Of a DNA stretch of 64,000 nt, positions 40,111 to 50,193 are shown one piece after another. The notes below the pieces were generated by a model. It saw nothing but the letters and a program-made list of their open reading frames with translations, was not told the origin of the DNA and ran no database searches. Origin of the DNA: Candidatus Micrarchaeota archaeon. GTDB taxonomy: Archaea; Micrarchaeota; Micrarchaeia; Anstonellales; Bilamarchaeaceae. The stretch is from the NCBI GenBank assembly GCA_043821365.1, contig JBDRCX010000006.1, forward strand, positions 480,001 through 544,000, written 5' to 3'. The position numbers and the translations under genes are program-made. Each line of letters opens with the position of its first letter. Position 1 is the stretch's first letter.

Positions 40111-42087
40111 ATGAAATTCAAGAGTACGGCAGAAGTCACTGTCCCAGAAAAACTTATTGACCAAATAATTGGTCAGGTTAAAGCAGTTGACATAATAAAA
40201 AAAGCTGCAAAACAAAAACGAAATGTTCTACTTATCGGTCCACCTGGTACTGGGAAAAGTATGATGGCCCAGGCAATGGCAGAACTCATGCAAAAAGAAG
40301 AACTCGAGGATGTTCTTGTTTATCCTAATCTAAATAATGAGAACCAACCATTAGTTCGTGTATTGAAAACCTATCCAACACACGAATATTTATCTAAGAA
40401 TAAAGATTTGCTTAAATATTACACCCCGTTGGAATTAAGCAAAATAAAAAATATCACTGATAGGCCGCGTCTTGCAAAAATTCTCAGAGCTGGTCTTGGC
40501 AGAAGACTGGTTAATCATCAAAAACCAAAAGAAGAACAGAAAAATCCACCTTCATTACTTATTATCGGTATACTTGGTCTTATTCTTCTTGCAATAATGT
40601 TCAGTGATCAAGTTCCAGAAAATGCAAAAATGCTTATCACAATTGCTGTTCTTGGTCTTGGGCTTCTTTACATAGTATCAAATGCAACTGCAGGGTTAGG
40701 GAGACGTTTAATGGTGACTGAGCAGGTTGGTCCAAAACTTATCATAGATAATAGTGACCGTTCTACTGCACCTTTTGTTGATGGTACTAGTTCAAGAGCA
40801 GGTTCATTGCTAGGAGATATTAAACATGATCCGCTTCAAAGCGGTGGTCTTGGAACTCCGCCTCATCTTCGTGTTGAAGCTGGTGCAATACACCAATCCA
40901 ACAAGGGTGTTTTGTTTATTGATGAAATTGCAGCTATGAAAATAAATTGGCAACAGGAAATTCTAACTGCAATGCAAGAAAAAAAATATCCAATTACTGG
41001 CCAGAGTGAAATGAGTTCTGGTGCACTTGTAAAAACACAACCAGTGCCAACTGATTTTGTTCTTGTTGCATCTGGAAATCTTCCAGATATGGCAAATATA
41101 CATCCAGCATTGCGTTCAAGAATTCGTGGTGCAGGATATGAAGTTTATGTTGAAGATTCAATGGATGATAATAAGGAAAATGAAGAAGCCCTTATTTGTT
41201 TCATTGCCCAGGAAATAAAGAAAGACGGTAAGATTCCTCACTTTGCCATAGACGCTGCCATGGAAATAGTTGAAGAAGCAAGAAGAATGTCAGGAAGAAG
41301 GAAAAAATTTACACTTAATTTGCGTGAACTTGGCGGACTTGTACGTGCAGCAGGTGATATTGCAAGGGAAAAAGAACTTCAACTTGTAACAAAAGCAGAA
41401 GTAATGGAAGCAAAAAAATTATCCTCTTCTATAGAAAGTCAGCTTGGTGCAAAACTTATTGAACACAAAAAAGAATATCAGACAATTGTTACAAAAGGAA
41501 GTGAAATTGGCAGGGTAAATGGTCTTGCAGTTCTTGGTGATTCTCGTGCTGGTCTTGTCCTTCCAATTGTTGCAGAAGCAACTCCAGCAGCGTCAAAAAG
41601 CGAAGGAAAAGTTATTGCAACAGGAAAACTTGGAGTGATAGCAAAAGAAGCAGTTGATAATGTTTCTGCAATCTTCAAAAAATATATTGGAACTACAATT
41701 GCAAAAAAAGATCTTCACATACAGTTTCTACAAACCTATGAAGGTGTTGAGGGTGATAGCGCCTCCATATCAACAGCAGTTGCAGTTATTTCTGCTTTGG
41801 CAAGCATTCCAGTGGAACAATCTGTTGCCATGACTGGTTCCATTGATGTACGTGGGAGAGTGTTGCCAGTTGGAGGTATAACCTCAAAGATAGAAGCGGC
41901 AATAGAGGCAGGTATAAAGAAAATCCTCATTCCAAAAGCAAATGCACGAGACGTTTATGCAAAAGTAAGAAAGAGAGGCATAGAAATTGTTGAAGTTGAC
42001 AATATCACTCAAGTTCTCGAGCATGCTCTTTCAAACTGTGCAGCTAAGAAAAAACTACTTCAAAAAATCAAAAGACAATCTAATTAG
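40111..42087 (+). CDS. lonB: Archaeal membrane-bound Lon protease (LonB)
   Basis: GPPGTGKS, two TM helices in the AAA domain, LFIDEI, EGDSAS, PVGG..SKIEAA. Confidence 0.97.
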   Translation: MKFKSTAEVTVPEKLIDQIIGQVKAVDIIKKAAKQKRNVLLIGPPGTGKSMMAQAMAELMQKEELEDVLVYPNLNNENQPLVRVLKTYPTHEYLSKNKDLLKYYTPLELSKIKNITDRPRLAKILRAGLGRRLVNHQKPKEEQKNPPSLLIIGILGLILLAIMFSDQVPENAKMLITIAVLGLGLLYIVSNATAGLGRRLMVTEQVGPKLIIDNSDRSTAPFVDGTSSRAGSLLGDIKHDPLQSGGLGTPPHLRVEAGAIHQSNKGVLFIDEIAAMKINWQQEILTAMQEKKYPITGQSEMSSGALVKTQPVPTDFVLVASGNLPDMANIHPALRSRIRGAGYEVYVEDSMDDNKENEEALICFIAQEIKKDGKIPHFAIDAAMEIVEEARRMSGRRKKFTLNLRELGGLVRAAGDIAREKELQLVTKAEVMEAKKLSSSIESQLGAKLIEHKKEYQTIVTKGSEIGRVNGLAVLGDSRAGLVLPIVAEATPAASKSEGKVIATGKLGVIAKEAVDNVSAIFKKYIGTTIAKKDLHIQFLQTYEGVEGDSASISTAVAVISALASIPVEQSVAMTGSIDVRGRVLPVGGITSKIEAAIEAGIKKILIPKANARDVYAKVRKRGIEIVEVDNITQVLEHALSNCAAKKKLLQKIKRQSN

Positions 42088-42110
42088 TTTATAGAACTGA
42101 AAGGAGATTA

Positions 42111-42240
42111 GAAAAGGACCTCGCTCAAAATGCCTTGCATTTTGGGTGTACAAAACCTGCGGTTTTGAACATGGTCCTTTTCATTCTTCTGATTAAAAAA
42201 AGGAGATTGAAAGAACCTTGGTTCTTTCATTCTTCTGATT
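42111..42240. terminator. Multi-hairpin element between convergent genes (possible bidirectional terminator or repeat scar)
   Basis: Outer stem GAAAAGGACC/GGTCCTTTTC enclosing CAAAATGC-ctt-GCATTTTG and CAAAACC-tgc-GGTTTTG; third palindrome TGAAAGAACC-tt-GGTTCTTTCA. Confidence 0.5.
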
Positions 42241-43468
42241 TCAAAACCACATTATCATCAACAGAACTAACTGCGGACATTGGTATTGAATATCTTTTTT
42301 CAAATACATTTTGTATGATGAGTTTTCCTTTTTTTGCATCAATGCCAACTATCTTACCCAGGTAACTGCCGTGTTCTGATATTGCTTCTTTACCCTCTAT
42401 CTTCATATCAAGCAAAACTTCTTTCCTATACCAGTTGACAAATAAAGTTACAAAATAACCAACAACCAGTGATATGCCTATACAGAGTAAAAATGTTCCA
42501 AAATCAATATATGGTTCGCTTATATTTGCCACCCACATACTACCGACGAGAAGAACAAAGCTGGTTAGGCCAGCTGCAGCTGAATAAAGCATATGCTTTG
42601 CTATTCTGTATTTTTTCTTTTCCATTAAAGCATCAATGCTTTTTGCAACTAAAATTAGCAACATACTCGTAAAAACAATCCATATAGTATTACCAACAAA
42701 AAGTGCAACTATTTTCTCATTGGCAAGACCCATGCTAATTCCATTCTGAAGTGTTTGGTATCCAACAAAAATACCAATTGTGAGAATTGCAAGTGCACCT
42801 ATATATCCTATCCAGCTTGTTCGTTCAAATGAGAATCTAAAGTCTTTTATTACACCTGCAAAAATCTCTTCAAGTCCTGATATTCTGAACAAAAGAGCAA
42901 GGCCAATTATAATTCCAACTATCTGCCAACCCAAACCAAGATAACTTGAAATAGATAAAAGTATTATCAAAACAGCTGGGATTCCAATAACTATTTTTGC
43001 AAAATATGGATCACGTAATTTTTCCAATAAAACAAAATATGTTTTTTCCAGTTCCTTTGCCTGTTTAATGAATACAATCTTTGTTGAATCGACTTTTATT
43101 CTTGATTTTATGATTGGTAGGATTTCTTCATCAGAAGCACCATCAGAAACAAGAATACATGAAGTCGGATTAAATTCCATAACAATTTTTTCAAGTTGGT
43201 TACTTATTTCTTTGTCAGCCTGGTAACCAAGACTTTTGTGTCCTGTTAATGTTGCAACTACTACGTTATGTCCATCTGCTTTCATTTTGTCATGGACTTT
43301 GACTGAATAATAAATTGCATTTGAATCAGGGTCTTCTGGATCTGCCAGTGACAATGCAAGTGCCCCATCAAGGTTCTTTTCCCTTCCTATCAATGGTCCA
43401 CTTACTTTTGCTTTTTCGTAAAGATCGTTATCCCGATCTATGCACAAAACCAATATCGGTCGTTTCAT
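42227..43468 (-). CDS. DUF373 family membrane protein with C-terminal PRC-barrel-like domain
   Basis: LVLCIDRDNDL, DPEDPDSN, LVSDGASDE, KQAKELEKTY. Confidence 0.88.
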   Translation of the reverse strand: MKRPILVLCIDRDNDLYEKAKVSGPLIGREKNLDGALALSLADPEDPDSNAIYYSVKVHDKMKADGHNVVVATLTGHKSLGYQADKEISNQLEKIVMEFNPTSCILVSDGASDEEILPIIKSRIKVDSTKIVFIKQAKELEKTYFVLLEKLRDPYFAKIVIGIPAVLIILLSISSYLGLGWQIVGIIIGLALLFRISGLEEIFAGVIKDFRFSFERTSWIGYIGALAILTIGIFVGYQTLQNGISMGLANEKIVALFVGNTIWIVFTSMLLILVAKSIDALMEKKKYRIAKHMLYSAAAGLTSFVLLVGSMWVANISEPYIDFGTFLLCIGISLVVGYFVTLFVNWYRKEVLLDMKIEGKEAISEHGSYLGKIVGIDAKKGKLIIQNVFEKRYSIPMSAVSSVDDNVVLKSEE

Positions 43469-43540
43469 TGAAATTCCACTAACATTTAACTTTCCAATAT
43501 CCTTTTTATATTCTTCTTTTTATTAGTCTATCCTCTTTAG

Positions 43541-44227
43541 ATGGTTAAAATGGAAAAAAAACTAGTTCTACCTGGAGATCATCTTTCAAGTGCAGAAGAA
43601 GCTGAGCCAGGAGAGAACACATATTCGGAAAATGATGAAGTTTATTCAACTGCAGTGGGAGAGAATTTATCGTCTCCTGGTCATGCGTTAGTCAAATCCA
43701 AAGGAAGAAAGCTGAAAGTTCCTCAGATGGGGGATATTGTCTACTGTTTGATATTCAAAGCAACTGCAAACAAAGCAATAGGTACCTGTGTATCTGCAGA
43801 TGAAGTTGAAGGTAATGGTAGGGGGGTTTCATTTGATGCCGTTCTTCCAGTAACTGCAATAAGACATTCATATGTACGTGAAATAAGAGATGAAGTTCGT
43901 ATCGGTGATATAGTCAAAGGCAAGATTCAAAAAATAATGAAATCAGGCATAGATATAAGCATATTGGATAATGATTGTGGTGTTGTTTGTGCATTTTGCC
44001 CACGTTGCAGGCAAAAGATGGACTTGAAAGAAAAAGTATTTATTTGCGGAAGTTGCGGATGGAAAGATTATAAAAAAACTCCACTTGCAGAAGGTGAATC
44101 GCCTCCTCCAACTCGTAGTAGACGGGAGTATGGGGATGGAGATCGCAGAGGGGGCTTTAGGCAAAACCGTGGATATAGTAACAGAAATAATAACAGGGGT
44201 TCTTATGGACGTAAAAGTTTTGGTTAA
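43541..44227 (+). CDS. csl4: Exosome component Csl4
   Basis: LVLPGDHL, S1 domain IGDIVKGKI, zinc ribbon CPRC...CGSC. Confidence 0.92.
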   Translation: MVKMEKKLVLPGDHLSSAEEAEPGENTYSENDEVYSTAVGENLSSPGHALVKSKGRKLKVPQMGDIVYCLIFKATANKAIGTCVSADEVEGNGRGVSFDAVLPVTAIRHSYVREIRDEVRIGDIVKGKIQKIMKSGIDISILDNDCGVVCAFCPRCRQKMDLKEKVFICGSCGWKDYKKTPLAEGESPPPTRSRREYGDGDRRGGFRQNRGYSNRNNNRGSYGRKSFG

Positions 44228-44480
44228 TGACAAGAATATTATTGAGCTTGATCTTGGTAAAACCGATCAATCTTTGGCACAACTGTTAGTTGAAAAGCTT
44301 AATGAAGATAGTGATGTTGAGTTTGCATCGTATAAAGTGGAACATCCAATTACGGCTACTCCAAAAATTTATCTTCGTACAAAAAAAGGAGATCCAAGCA
44401 AGCTTTTACTTGAAAAACTCGATGAAATCAAAAACGAAGTATCTGACTTTAAAAAACAATTCCTCGATATTGTGAAATAA
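44205..44480 (+). CDS. rpo11: RNA polymerase subunit Rpo11 (RpoL)
   Basis: From ATG 44205: ...DVEFASYKVEHPITATPKIYLRT; canonical position after csl4. Confidence 0.9.
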   Translation: MDVKVLVNDKNIIELDLGKTDQSLAQLLVEKLNEDSDVEFASYKVEHPITATPKIYLRTKKGDPSKLLLEKLDEIKNEVSDFKKQFLDIVK

Positions 44481-45475
44481 TGTTTGATATCAAGGAGAAT
44501 CTTAAAAAGTCGAAATTTCAAATTGCAGTGCTGCTTGTTACTCTTGTACTTTTTCTTATTACTAATCATCTTTTGAGAGACTCTTCTCTTGGTTTCATTC
44601 CGACTATTATTGCAATTCTTATTGTGCTCGAGATAGTTGCATTTGTTGCAATCGAAGTTAAAGATGGTGCAAAAAAACACGGCTGGCAGCATGAAATTGT
44701 AGATACTATTATTGCACTTGCAATCGCAGTTGCAATATGGTTTGGCCTTTCTTTTGTTCTTAATACCAATTCCCCAATATCTGGAGTTGTTTCTTGCAGC
44801 ATGCTTCCAAATTTACAACGTGGTGATTTTGTTATTGTTCAAGGGGCACCAGTTGCTGCCTACGAAATCTCAATGTCTCAAAATGAAATGAATTCACTTA
44901 CTCAAGATGCAATAGTCTTCTATGGGGGTAAAAATACCACTATAAAAGGTTCTATTTTTTCATATTGTGTCCAGCATGATGGTAATGAAATGTGCAATTT
45001 CTTTGTTAACTATCCAGAAAATCTTACTGAAGTAAAAGGAGTTTTTACGTATAAATATGAAACATGCGATCTCATATACTCTAATGGAATAGAAAAAACC
45101 GAACCATGTTTGAAATCAGTTTCTTTCAAAGGTAAAGAATATCTGACAAATTTCTCGAATGATGTAATTGTCTACCAACCTGTTATTGGTGATCTTTATT
45201 CAATGATAGGTGATATTGTACATAGGACAATGTTCAAAATAAATGTTGAAGATAAAATTTATTATCTCACACGGGGAGACAACAATCCTATTCTTGATCT
45301 TCAGGTCTATGATTATACAAATGAAATTGGTAATGGTCCTGTGCCATCTGAAAACGCACGTGGGAAAGTCATCCTAAGAATTCCTTATTTAGGTTATTTC
45401 AAATTATTTATCTCTGGCTATTTACAAGAAGATGCACAATGTAAGACGCAACTGGAATTTACACACACTGAGTGA
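44480..45475 (+). CDS. sec11: Signal peptidase I (S26, Sec11-type) with a large insertion
   Basis: VVSCSMLPNLQRGD, IVHR, TRGDNNP..D, IPYLG. Confidence 0.88.
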   Translation: MFDIKENLKKSKFQIAVLLVTLVLFLITNHLLRDSSLGFIPTIIAILIVLEIVAFVAIEVKDGAKKHGWQHEIVDTIIALAIAVAIWFGLSFVLNTNSPISGVVSCSMLPNLQRGDFVIVQGAPVAAYEISMSQNEMNSLTQDAIVFYGGKNTTIKGSIFSYCVQHDGNEMCNFFVNYPENLTEVKGVFTYKYETCDLIYSNGIEKTEPCLKSVSFKGKEYLTNFSNDVIVYQPVIGDLYSMIGDIVHRTMFKINVEDKIYYLTRGDNNPILDLQVYDYTNEIGNGPVPSENARGKVILRIPYLGYFKLFISGYLQEDAQCKTQLEFTHTE

Positions 45476-45477
45476 GT

Positions 45478-46260
45478 TTACCTATAATGGTTGCTGCTTA
45501 TGTCTCTGCTCATATGATCTTTTAGACGTAGTCTGATTTCATCTTTTTCTTTGTTAGTCATTTTTGTTTTATCTAATCTTTTATCCCATTCTAAAAGAGC
45601 ACTTAAAACACGGCTGAAAGTTCTATCATTGTCTGTATATTCAGCATAATCCATAAGAGCTCTAAGTGCGTATACTGATTCTGATTCTCCAAGAGCTTTT
45701 AATATCGCTGAACGAAGCATGTGGTTTGCCTCATTTTCCATCATACATAAACGGGAGAAATGGTATGTTAGTAATTTTGCCGCATCATCATTTATGTTCA
45801 ATTTTCCAAGTAACCTAAAAATCTCCATTATTCCTTCCAATGATGTGTGGTAATTGAACATAGAGCGGTAAACATTCATCCTCAGCTGCCCTGGATCTTT
45901 ATTGGGATTTTTTAATTTAAAATAATCAAAAGTATGCATAAGCCTAAACTCTGAACTTGCAGTTAGGCTTTCATGAAGCATATACAGTATGAGATGGCGT
46001 ACAGTCTCATTTTCTTTCCTATAAATTTCTTCTAATTTTTCTAATGAACTATTCTTTGATTCTTCAGTTACTGCAACTGGGTAAAATCGTAGTGCATATA
46101 TCATTCCTTCTATTTCCTTTACTTTTGCATTCAGCCCCTCCTGTTTCTTGATTTGCTCCGGGGTTAATTGTGGTTTTTGTATTGGTACTTGCGGAGGTTG
46201 TTTTCCATGAATATTAGCCTTTTCTACTGGTTCTTTTTTTGTTGATTTATTATTTTTCAT
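45478..46260 (-). CDS. Hypothetical helical (HEAT-like) protein
   Basis: 260-aa helical ORF; LRSAILKALGESESVYALRAL resembles a HEAT unit. Confidence 0.55.
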   Translation of the reverse strand: MKNNKSTKKEPVEKANIHGKQPPQVPIQKPQLTPEQIKKQEGLNAKVKEIEGMIYALRFYPVAVTEESKNSSLEKLEEIYRKENETVRHLILYMLHESLTASSEFRLMHTFDYFKLKNPNKDPGQLRMNVYRSMFNYHTSLEGIMEIFRLLGKLNINDDAAKLLTYHFSRLCMMENEANHMLRSAILKALGESESVYALRALMDYAEYTDNDRTFSRVLSALLEWDKRLDKTKMTNKEKDEIRLRLKDHMSRDISSNHYR

Positions 46261-46358
46261 TATGCCACCATTCGTAGTCCATTGATCTCAAATATGTTTT
46301 AAATACTAAGGGACCGGTTGTTTAATATCTTCTTGTTTTATATTTCTTTGGTGATTAT

Positions 46359-46913
46359 TTGGACGTTTATTTTGCTACAAGTAATAAGCACAAAGTTGAA
46401 GAAGTAACAAAGATTCTAAAGGAATTTAAGATTACGGTGAAGCATTTCCCGTTTAATCACCGTGAGATTCGTTCAGATTCTTTGGAAGAGATATCTCGGG
46501 TGGCAACTGCTGCTGCATATAAACAATGTCGTGAACCTGTGTTTGTTGAAGATACTGGTCTTTTCATCGAAGAATTAAACGGGTTTCCAGGTGCCTTTTC
46601 AGCATGGGCTTTAGAAAAAATAGGGTTGCAGGGCATATTAAAACTCATGGAAAACAAGACAAATCGCCATGCTTATTTTGAAACCTGTATTGGATTCAAA
46701 AGAGATGCAAGTCACATTTCTATATTCACAGGGAAGTGTACTGGGAGAATTTCAACAGGAAAGCGTGGTAGTGGTGGGTTTGGATATGATTCTATCTTCA
46801 TACCTGAAGGCGAGCATCAGACGTTCGCTGAAAGCATAACCTTAAAAAACAAGCTATCACATAGATATAAATCTCTTTTAGAATTCTCTAAACTTTTAAC
46901 TAGCAGAAGGTGA
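46359..46913 (+). CDS. rdgB: Non-canonical purine NTP pyrophosphatase (RdgB/HAM1)
   Basis: FATSNKHK, VEDTGL, GFGYDSIF, KLSHR; TTG start with GGTGA SD. Confidence 0.96.
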   Translation: MDVYFATSNKHKVEEVTKILKEFKITVKHFPFNHREIRSDSLEEISRVATAAAYKQCREPVFVEDTGLFIEELNGFPGAFSAWALEKIGLQGILKLMENKTNRHAYFETCIGFKRDASHISIFTGKCTGRISTGKRGSGGFGYDSIFIPEGEHQTFAESITLKNKLSHRYKSLLEFSKLLTSRR

Positions 46914-46921
46914 ATTCTTTT

Positions 46922-47003
46922 AAGGTGATTTTTTTATGACATTGAACGGCAATTCGTTCAATAATAAAATTTCCATATAGGAAAGAGGAGATGAAATTTT
47001 ATG
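46922..47003 (+). promoter_or_regulatory. Structured leader / uORF upstream of rps15, shared with rpo12
   Basis: ATTGAACG-gcaatt-CGTTCAAT; AAAATTTC...GAAATTTT encloses the SD; uORF 46936-46980 (MTLNGNSFNNKISI*). Confidence 0.6.
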
Positions 47004-47456
47004 GCAAGATTACATTCAAAGAAAAAAGGAAAATCAGGTACAAAGAGACCAAAGGGCAACACTGCCCCTAGCTGGACTACTCTGAAACCAGCTGAAATCA
47101 AAGAACACATCTTGAAAATGGCACGTGAAGGTGTTCCACCAGCTAAAATAGGTATAATTTTACGTGATCACTATTCTGTTGCAAACCTAAGAGCACAGTT
47201 GGGAATGACCTTGAAAGCATTTCTGAAAAAAGAAGATGCTCTTGGTGAATACCCAGAAGATCTTTTGAATTTGATCAAAAAAGCTGTAAGAATGGCAAAT
47301 CATATAAAATCCACAAAGAATGACACATCAAACAACGTTAAGCTTGTTCATGTGGAATCTAAAATTCAAAGATTGGCAAAATACTACTTATCAAAAGGAA
47401 TGCTACCGTCAGGTTGGAAATACAATCGTGAGACTGCAGCATTATTAGTAAAGTAA
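47001..47456 (+). CDS. rps15: 30S ribosomal protein S15 (uS15)
   Basis: MARLHSKKKGKSGTKRP; PEDLLNLIKKA; ESKIQRLAKYY. Confidence 0.97.
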   Translation: MARLHSKKKGKSGTKRPKGNTAPSWTTLKPAEIKEHILKMAREGVPPAKIGIILRDHYSVANLRAQLGMTLKAFLKKEDALGEYPEDLLNLIKKAVRMANHIKSTKNDTSNNVKLVHVESKIQRLAKYYLSKGMLPSGWKYNRETAALLVK

Positions 47457-47466
47457 CGGTGATTAA

Positions 47467-48057
47467 TTGGCTGGCAAAAAAGTTAAAATTGTTGATAAAT
47501 GGAAATCAAAGAAATGGTATTCTGTTAAAGCCCCCTCCTTATTTGAATCAAAGGAGATCTGCGAACTTGTAGCTGCAGATGAAGCAAAACTTATCAATAG
47601 GGTTGTCAAAGCAAGTTTGATGGAATTGGGTGTAAGCGGGTCTCAAATGGCAATGTTTACTGCATTGCGTTTTAGAATCAAAGAAGTCAATGGAAACGAT
47701 GCAAATACAACTTTGCTTGGCCATGAAATATCTCCTTCTTTTATAAGAACCTTTGCAAGAAGAGGAAGATCTCTTATTCATCAAGTTGTTGATGGAAAAA
47801 CCAAAGATAATGAGGAACTAAGACTGAAAATTATTGCAGTAACTGGTTCAAGAGTCAGTATGAATACAAAAAAGAATCTCAGAGCTCTTGTTGTTGAAGA
47901 AGCCAAAAGTGCCATTGTTGATAAGAATTTTGATGAAGTTATTCAAGATGTTATCTATGGCAGAGTCTCATCAAAAATATTCAGCAGATTAAAACAAATT
48001 ACAAAAATGAAACGTGTTGAAATTCGCAGATCAGAAAGAGGCGAAGAGTTCAAATGA
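47467..48057 (+). CDS. rps3ae: 30S ribosomal protein S3Ae (eS1)
   Basis: DKWKSKKWYSVKAP; RVEIRRSE; TTG start. Confidence 0.96.
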   Translation: MAGKKVKIVDKWKSKKWYSVKAPSLFESKEICELVAADEAKLINRVVKASLMELGVSGSQMAMFTALRFRIKEVNGNDANTTLLGHEISPSFIRTFARRGRSLIHQVVDGKTKDNEELRLKIIAVTGSRVSMNTKKNLRALVVEEAKSAIVDKNFDEVIQDVIYGRVSSKIFSRLKQITKMKRVEIRRSERGEEFK

Positions 48058-48099
48058 AGCGTTGCATATGTCAATCTAACGGCAAAGTTTTATCAAAGG

Positions 48100-48146
48100 C
48101 AAGAAATCAACGCTTTCTTGACTGTCTTGAAAGCATAGCTTTCAAG
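48100..48146. terminator. Two intergenic hairpins after rps3ae
   Basis: CAAGAAA-tcaacgc-TTTCTTG and CTTGAAAGC-ata-GCTTTCAAG. Confidence 0.4.
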
Positions 48147-48182
48147 CAAAAGATCATTAGATAATATTAGTGGGGTATTCCT

Positions 48183-48515
48183 ATGATGCCAGGTGGAATG
48201 GATCCGAAAAAAATGCAAGCTATGATGAAACAGATGGGTATTAAGAGTGAAGAAATCCCATCATCAAAAGTTGTAATTGAAACTTCTTCTGGTTCTATAG
48301 TGATAGAAGAGCCGCAGGTTGTCCAAGTAACTATGCAAGGACAAAAATCATTTCAAATAAGTGGAAATATACGTGTTGAAGAAAAAGCAAGCGGTGAAGA
48401 TATAAAGATGGTTATGGAACAGTCTAATTGTTCTGAAGAAGAGGCAAAACAAGCATTAGAAAAGTCAAATGGAGATATTGCAGAGGCAATTCTCTCTCTT
48501 TCTGGAGAAAAATAA
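48183..48515 (+). CDS. nac: Nascent polypeptide-associated complex protein
   Basis: MDPKKMQAMMKQMGI; QGQKSFQI; C-terminal UBA (GDIAEAIL). Confidence 0.96.
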   Translation: MMPGGMDPKKMQAMMKQMGIKSEEIPSSKVVIETSSGSIVIEEPQVVQVTMQGQKSFQISGNIRVEEKASGEDIKMVMEQSNCSEEEAKQALEKSNGDIAEAILSLSGEK

Positions 48516-48664
48516 TTAATCAGAATCATTTGTTACCTACGTAGCAGTTGTACTATATTTGTCTGCGTACATTGTAATAAACTCACTAATACGCCTGTTT
48601 TTGACTAAAGCAGAATCTTTAGGTATACACTAAGGAATAAAAATCTTCATTGGGTTAGTGGATT

Positions 48665-49240
48665 ATGGAGATTAGGCGCGAGGTCATGCTAATCATATTC
48701 CTGCTTCTCGTAATAATCGTACTTGTAAAGCTGATTGAATTTTTTCAAGTTAATATTGTTGAGGCAGATGCAAGCAAATTTGTAAGTGAAGATCTTGCTT
48801 CCAAATATCCAACTGCAGATATTGAAATTATGACAATTATTCCAAAAGAAGGTCCCTATGGCAAATATTTTGAAGTAAAAGCAAGAGTTACTCAAGATTT
48901 TGAATCTACTTGTCCTCTGCGTACTCATATATTTTATAATTACCCAACTCAAAACTTTGTCCCTCAACTTCCAGAAGTAATAACAAGTAATTGCGTAGTT
49001 TGTAATGTTGGTATTTGCACAATAGCATTTCCAGAAGAAGCAATTATTGCATCACATACATTTGCAGGCACTTCGGATATTAAATCATATATTCTTGCTA
49101 ATCCAAATGCCACACCACAGGTTAAAGAAAAACAAGAATCCTGGGAAGTAACCTGGAATTCACAAACATCCAGCTATTATTTTGTGATTGAGCTTCACAG
49201 AAATGGAACTATCCTTAGTATGGAGAAGATTGGCAAGTAA
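48665..49240 (+). CDS. Hypothetical membrane-anchored protein
   Basis: N-terminal TM; four Cys in the extracellular part. Confidence 0.6.
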   Translation: MEIRREVMLIIFLLLVIIVLVKLIEFFQVNIVEADASKFVSEDLASKYPTADIEIMTIIPKEGPYGKYFEVKARVTQDFESTCPLRTHIFYNYPTQNFVPQLPEVITSNCVVCNVGICTIAFPEEAIIASHTFAGTSDIKSYILANPNATPQVKEKQESWEVTWNSQTSSYYFVIELHRNGTILSMEKIGK

Positions 49241-50189
49241 TTGTTTTATCATCAATATCTATTTTTTTGTCTAAGAATTTTAGTATTATTTCTTTGTTTG
49301 TACTAAAGTGTTCTGTTATCCTACTTGTTTTGTATTTTGTTTTACCATCAGACAAAACAGCATAAATCAGAAGCTGGTCCGCAAGATGACAATCAACATC
49401 CTCATTTTCAGAATTTAGTATATCTAGAGCTTCTTTTGCAACTTCTTCTGCTCGTTTTCCTTTTTCACCAAGAACATATGCTCCTCTATATCCTTTCCAA
49501 GTAGTTACTGAATTCCCTGGTGAAAGTGCTGGGTTTTGCCTTATGAAAACCTTTTCAATCTCATTTTGTACAAATATTTTTTTCTCTCGAATTGCAATGG
49601 AGGATGGCAATTCCGATACTCTTAACATGGCAAAAATTTCATTACTTTGTTGCCAGGATTCACAACCAGCAAGTTTGGATGGTTTTATTTTTACTTCTAT
49701 TTCTCCACCGCCTCTTGGATAATATCCTGGTTTTACCATTTCTGATTCAACTATTGCACCGAATTTAGAAATTGCAGGTAGAAATACTTTTTCAAAATAA
49801 TCATATCCTGGTGATTTTATGACATGTGTTCCACCTATTATTCTTATTTCGCTTTCCTTGTTTGCATCAAGAAGAATTGGTATTATCGTCTGTGCAACAA
49901 GAGTTACTGAACCAGCAGTTCCAATGTCAAATTGATATTTTCCACCAACAATTTCTCCAGGATTGAATCTTATTTCGCTACTTTCAAGTTCTGCTCCTTC
50001 AAGTGTTCCGCGGCAGACACTTCGTACAGCACGTGCAGCAGTTAAATGTTGCATTTGTAATCCTGGCTTTGGTCGGTTTGCTCGTATATTAAAAATTCTC
50101 ACTGGTTTTTTTGTAATTGCTGAAAGTGTTAGAGAGGTTCGGATTACTTGACCGCCTCCCTCCCCAAAACTACCATCGATCTCAATCAT
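49215..50189 (-). CDS. rtcA: RNA 3'-terminal phosphate cyclase
   Basis: IDGSFGEGGGQVIR, RPKPGLQMQH, GYYPRGGG, HLADQL, catalytic His in TEHFSTN. Confidence 0.96.
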   Translation of the reverse strand: MIEIDGSFGEGGGQVIRTSLTLSAITKKPVRIFNIRANRPKPGLQMQHLTAARAVRSVCRGTLEGAELESSEIRFNPGEIVGGKYQFDIGTAGSVTLVAQTIIPILLDANKESEIRIIGGTHVIKSPGYDYFEKVFLPAISKFGAIVESEMVKPGYYPRGGGEIEVKIKPSKLAGCESWQQSNEIFAMLRVSELPSSIAIREKKIFVQNEIEKVFIRQNPALSPGNSVTTWKGYRGAYVLGEKGKRAEEVAKEALDILNSENEDVDCHLADQLLIYAVLSDGKTKYKTSRITEHFSTNKEIILKFLDKKIDIDDKTITCQSSPY

Positions 50190-50193
50190 AAAC

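Noticed and set aside
44085-44204. ORF-track 5' extension of rpo11
   Set aside because: It is an alternative frame of the csl4 tail; Rpo11 similarity starts at ATG 44205.
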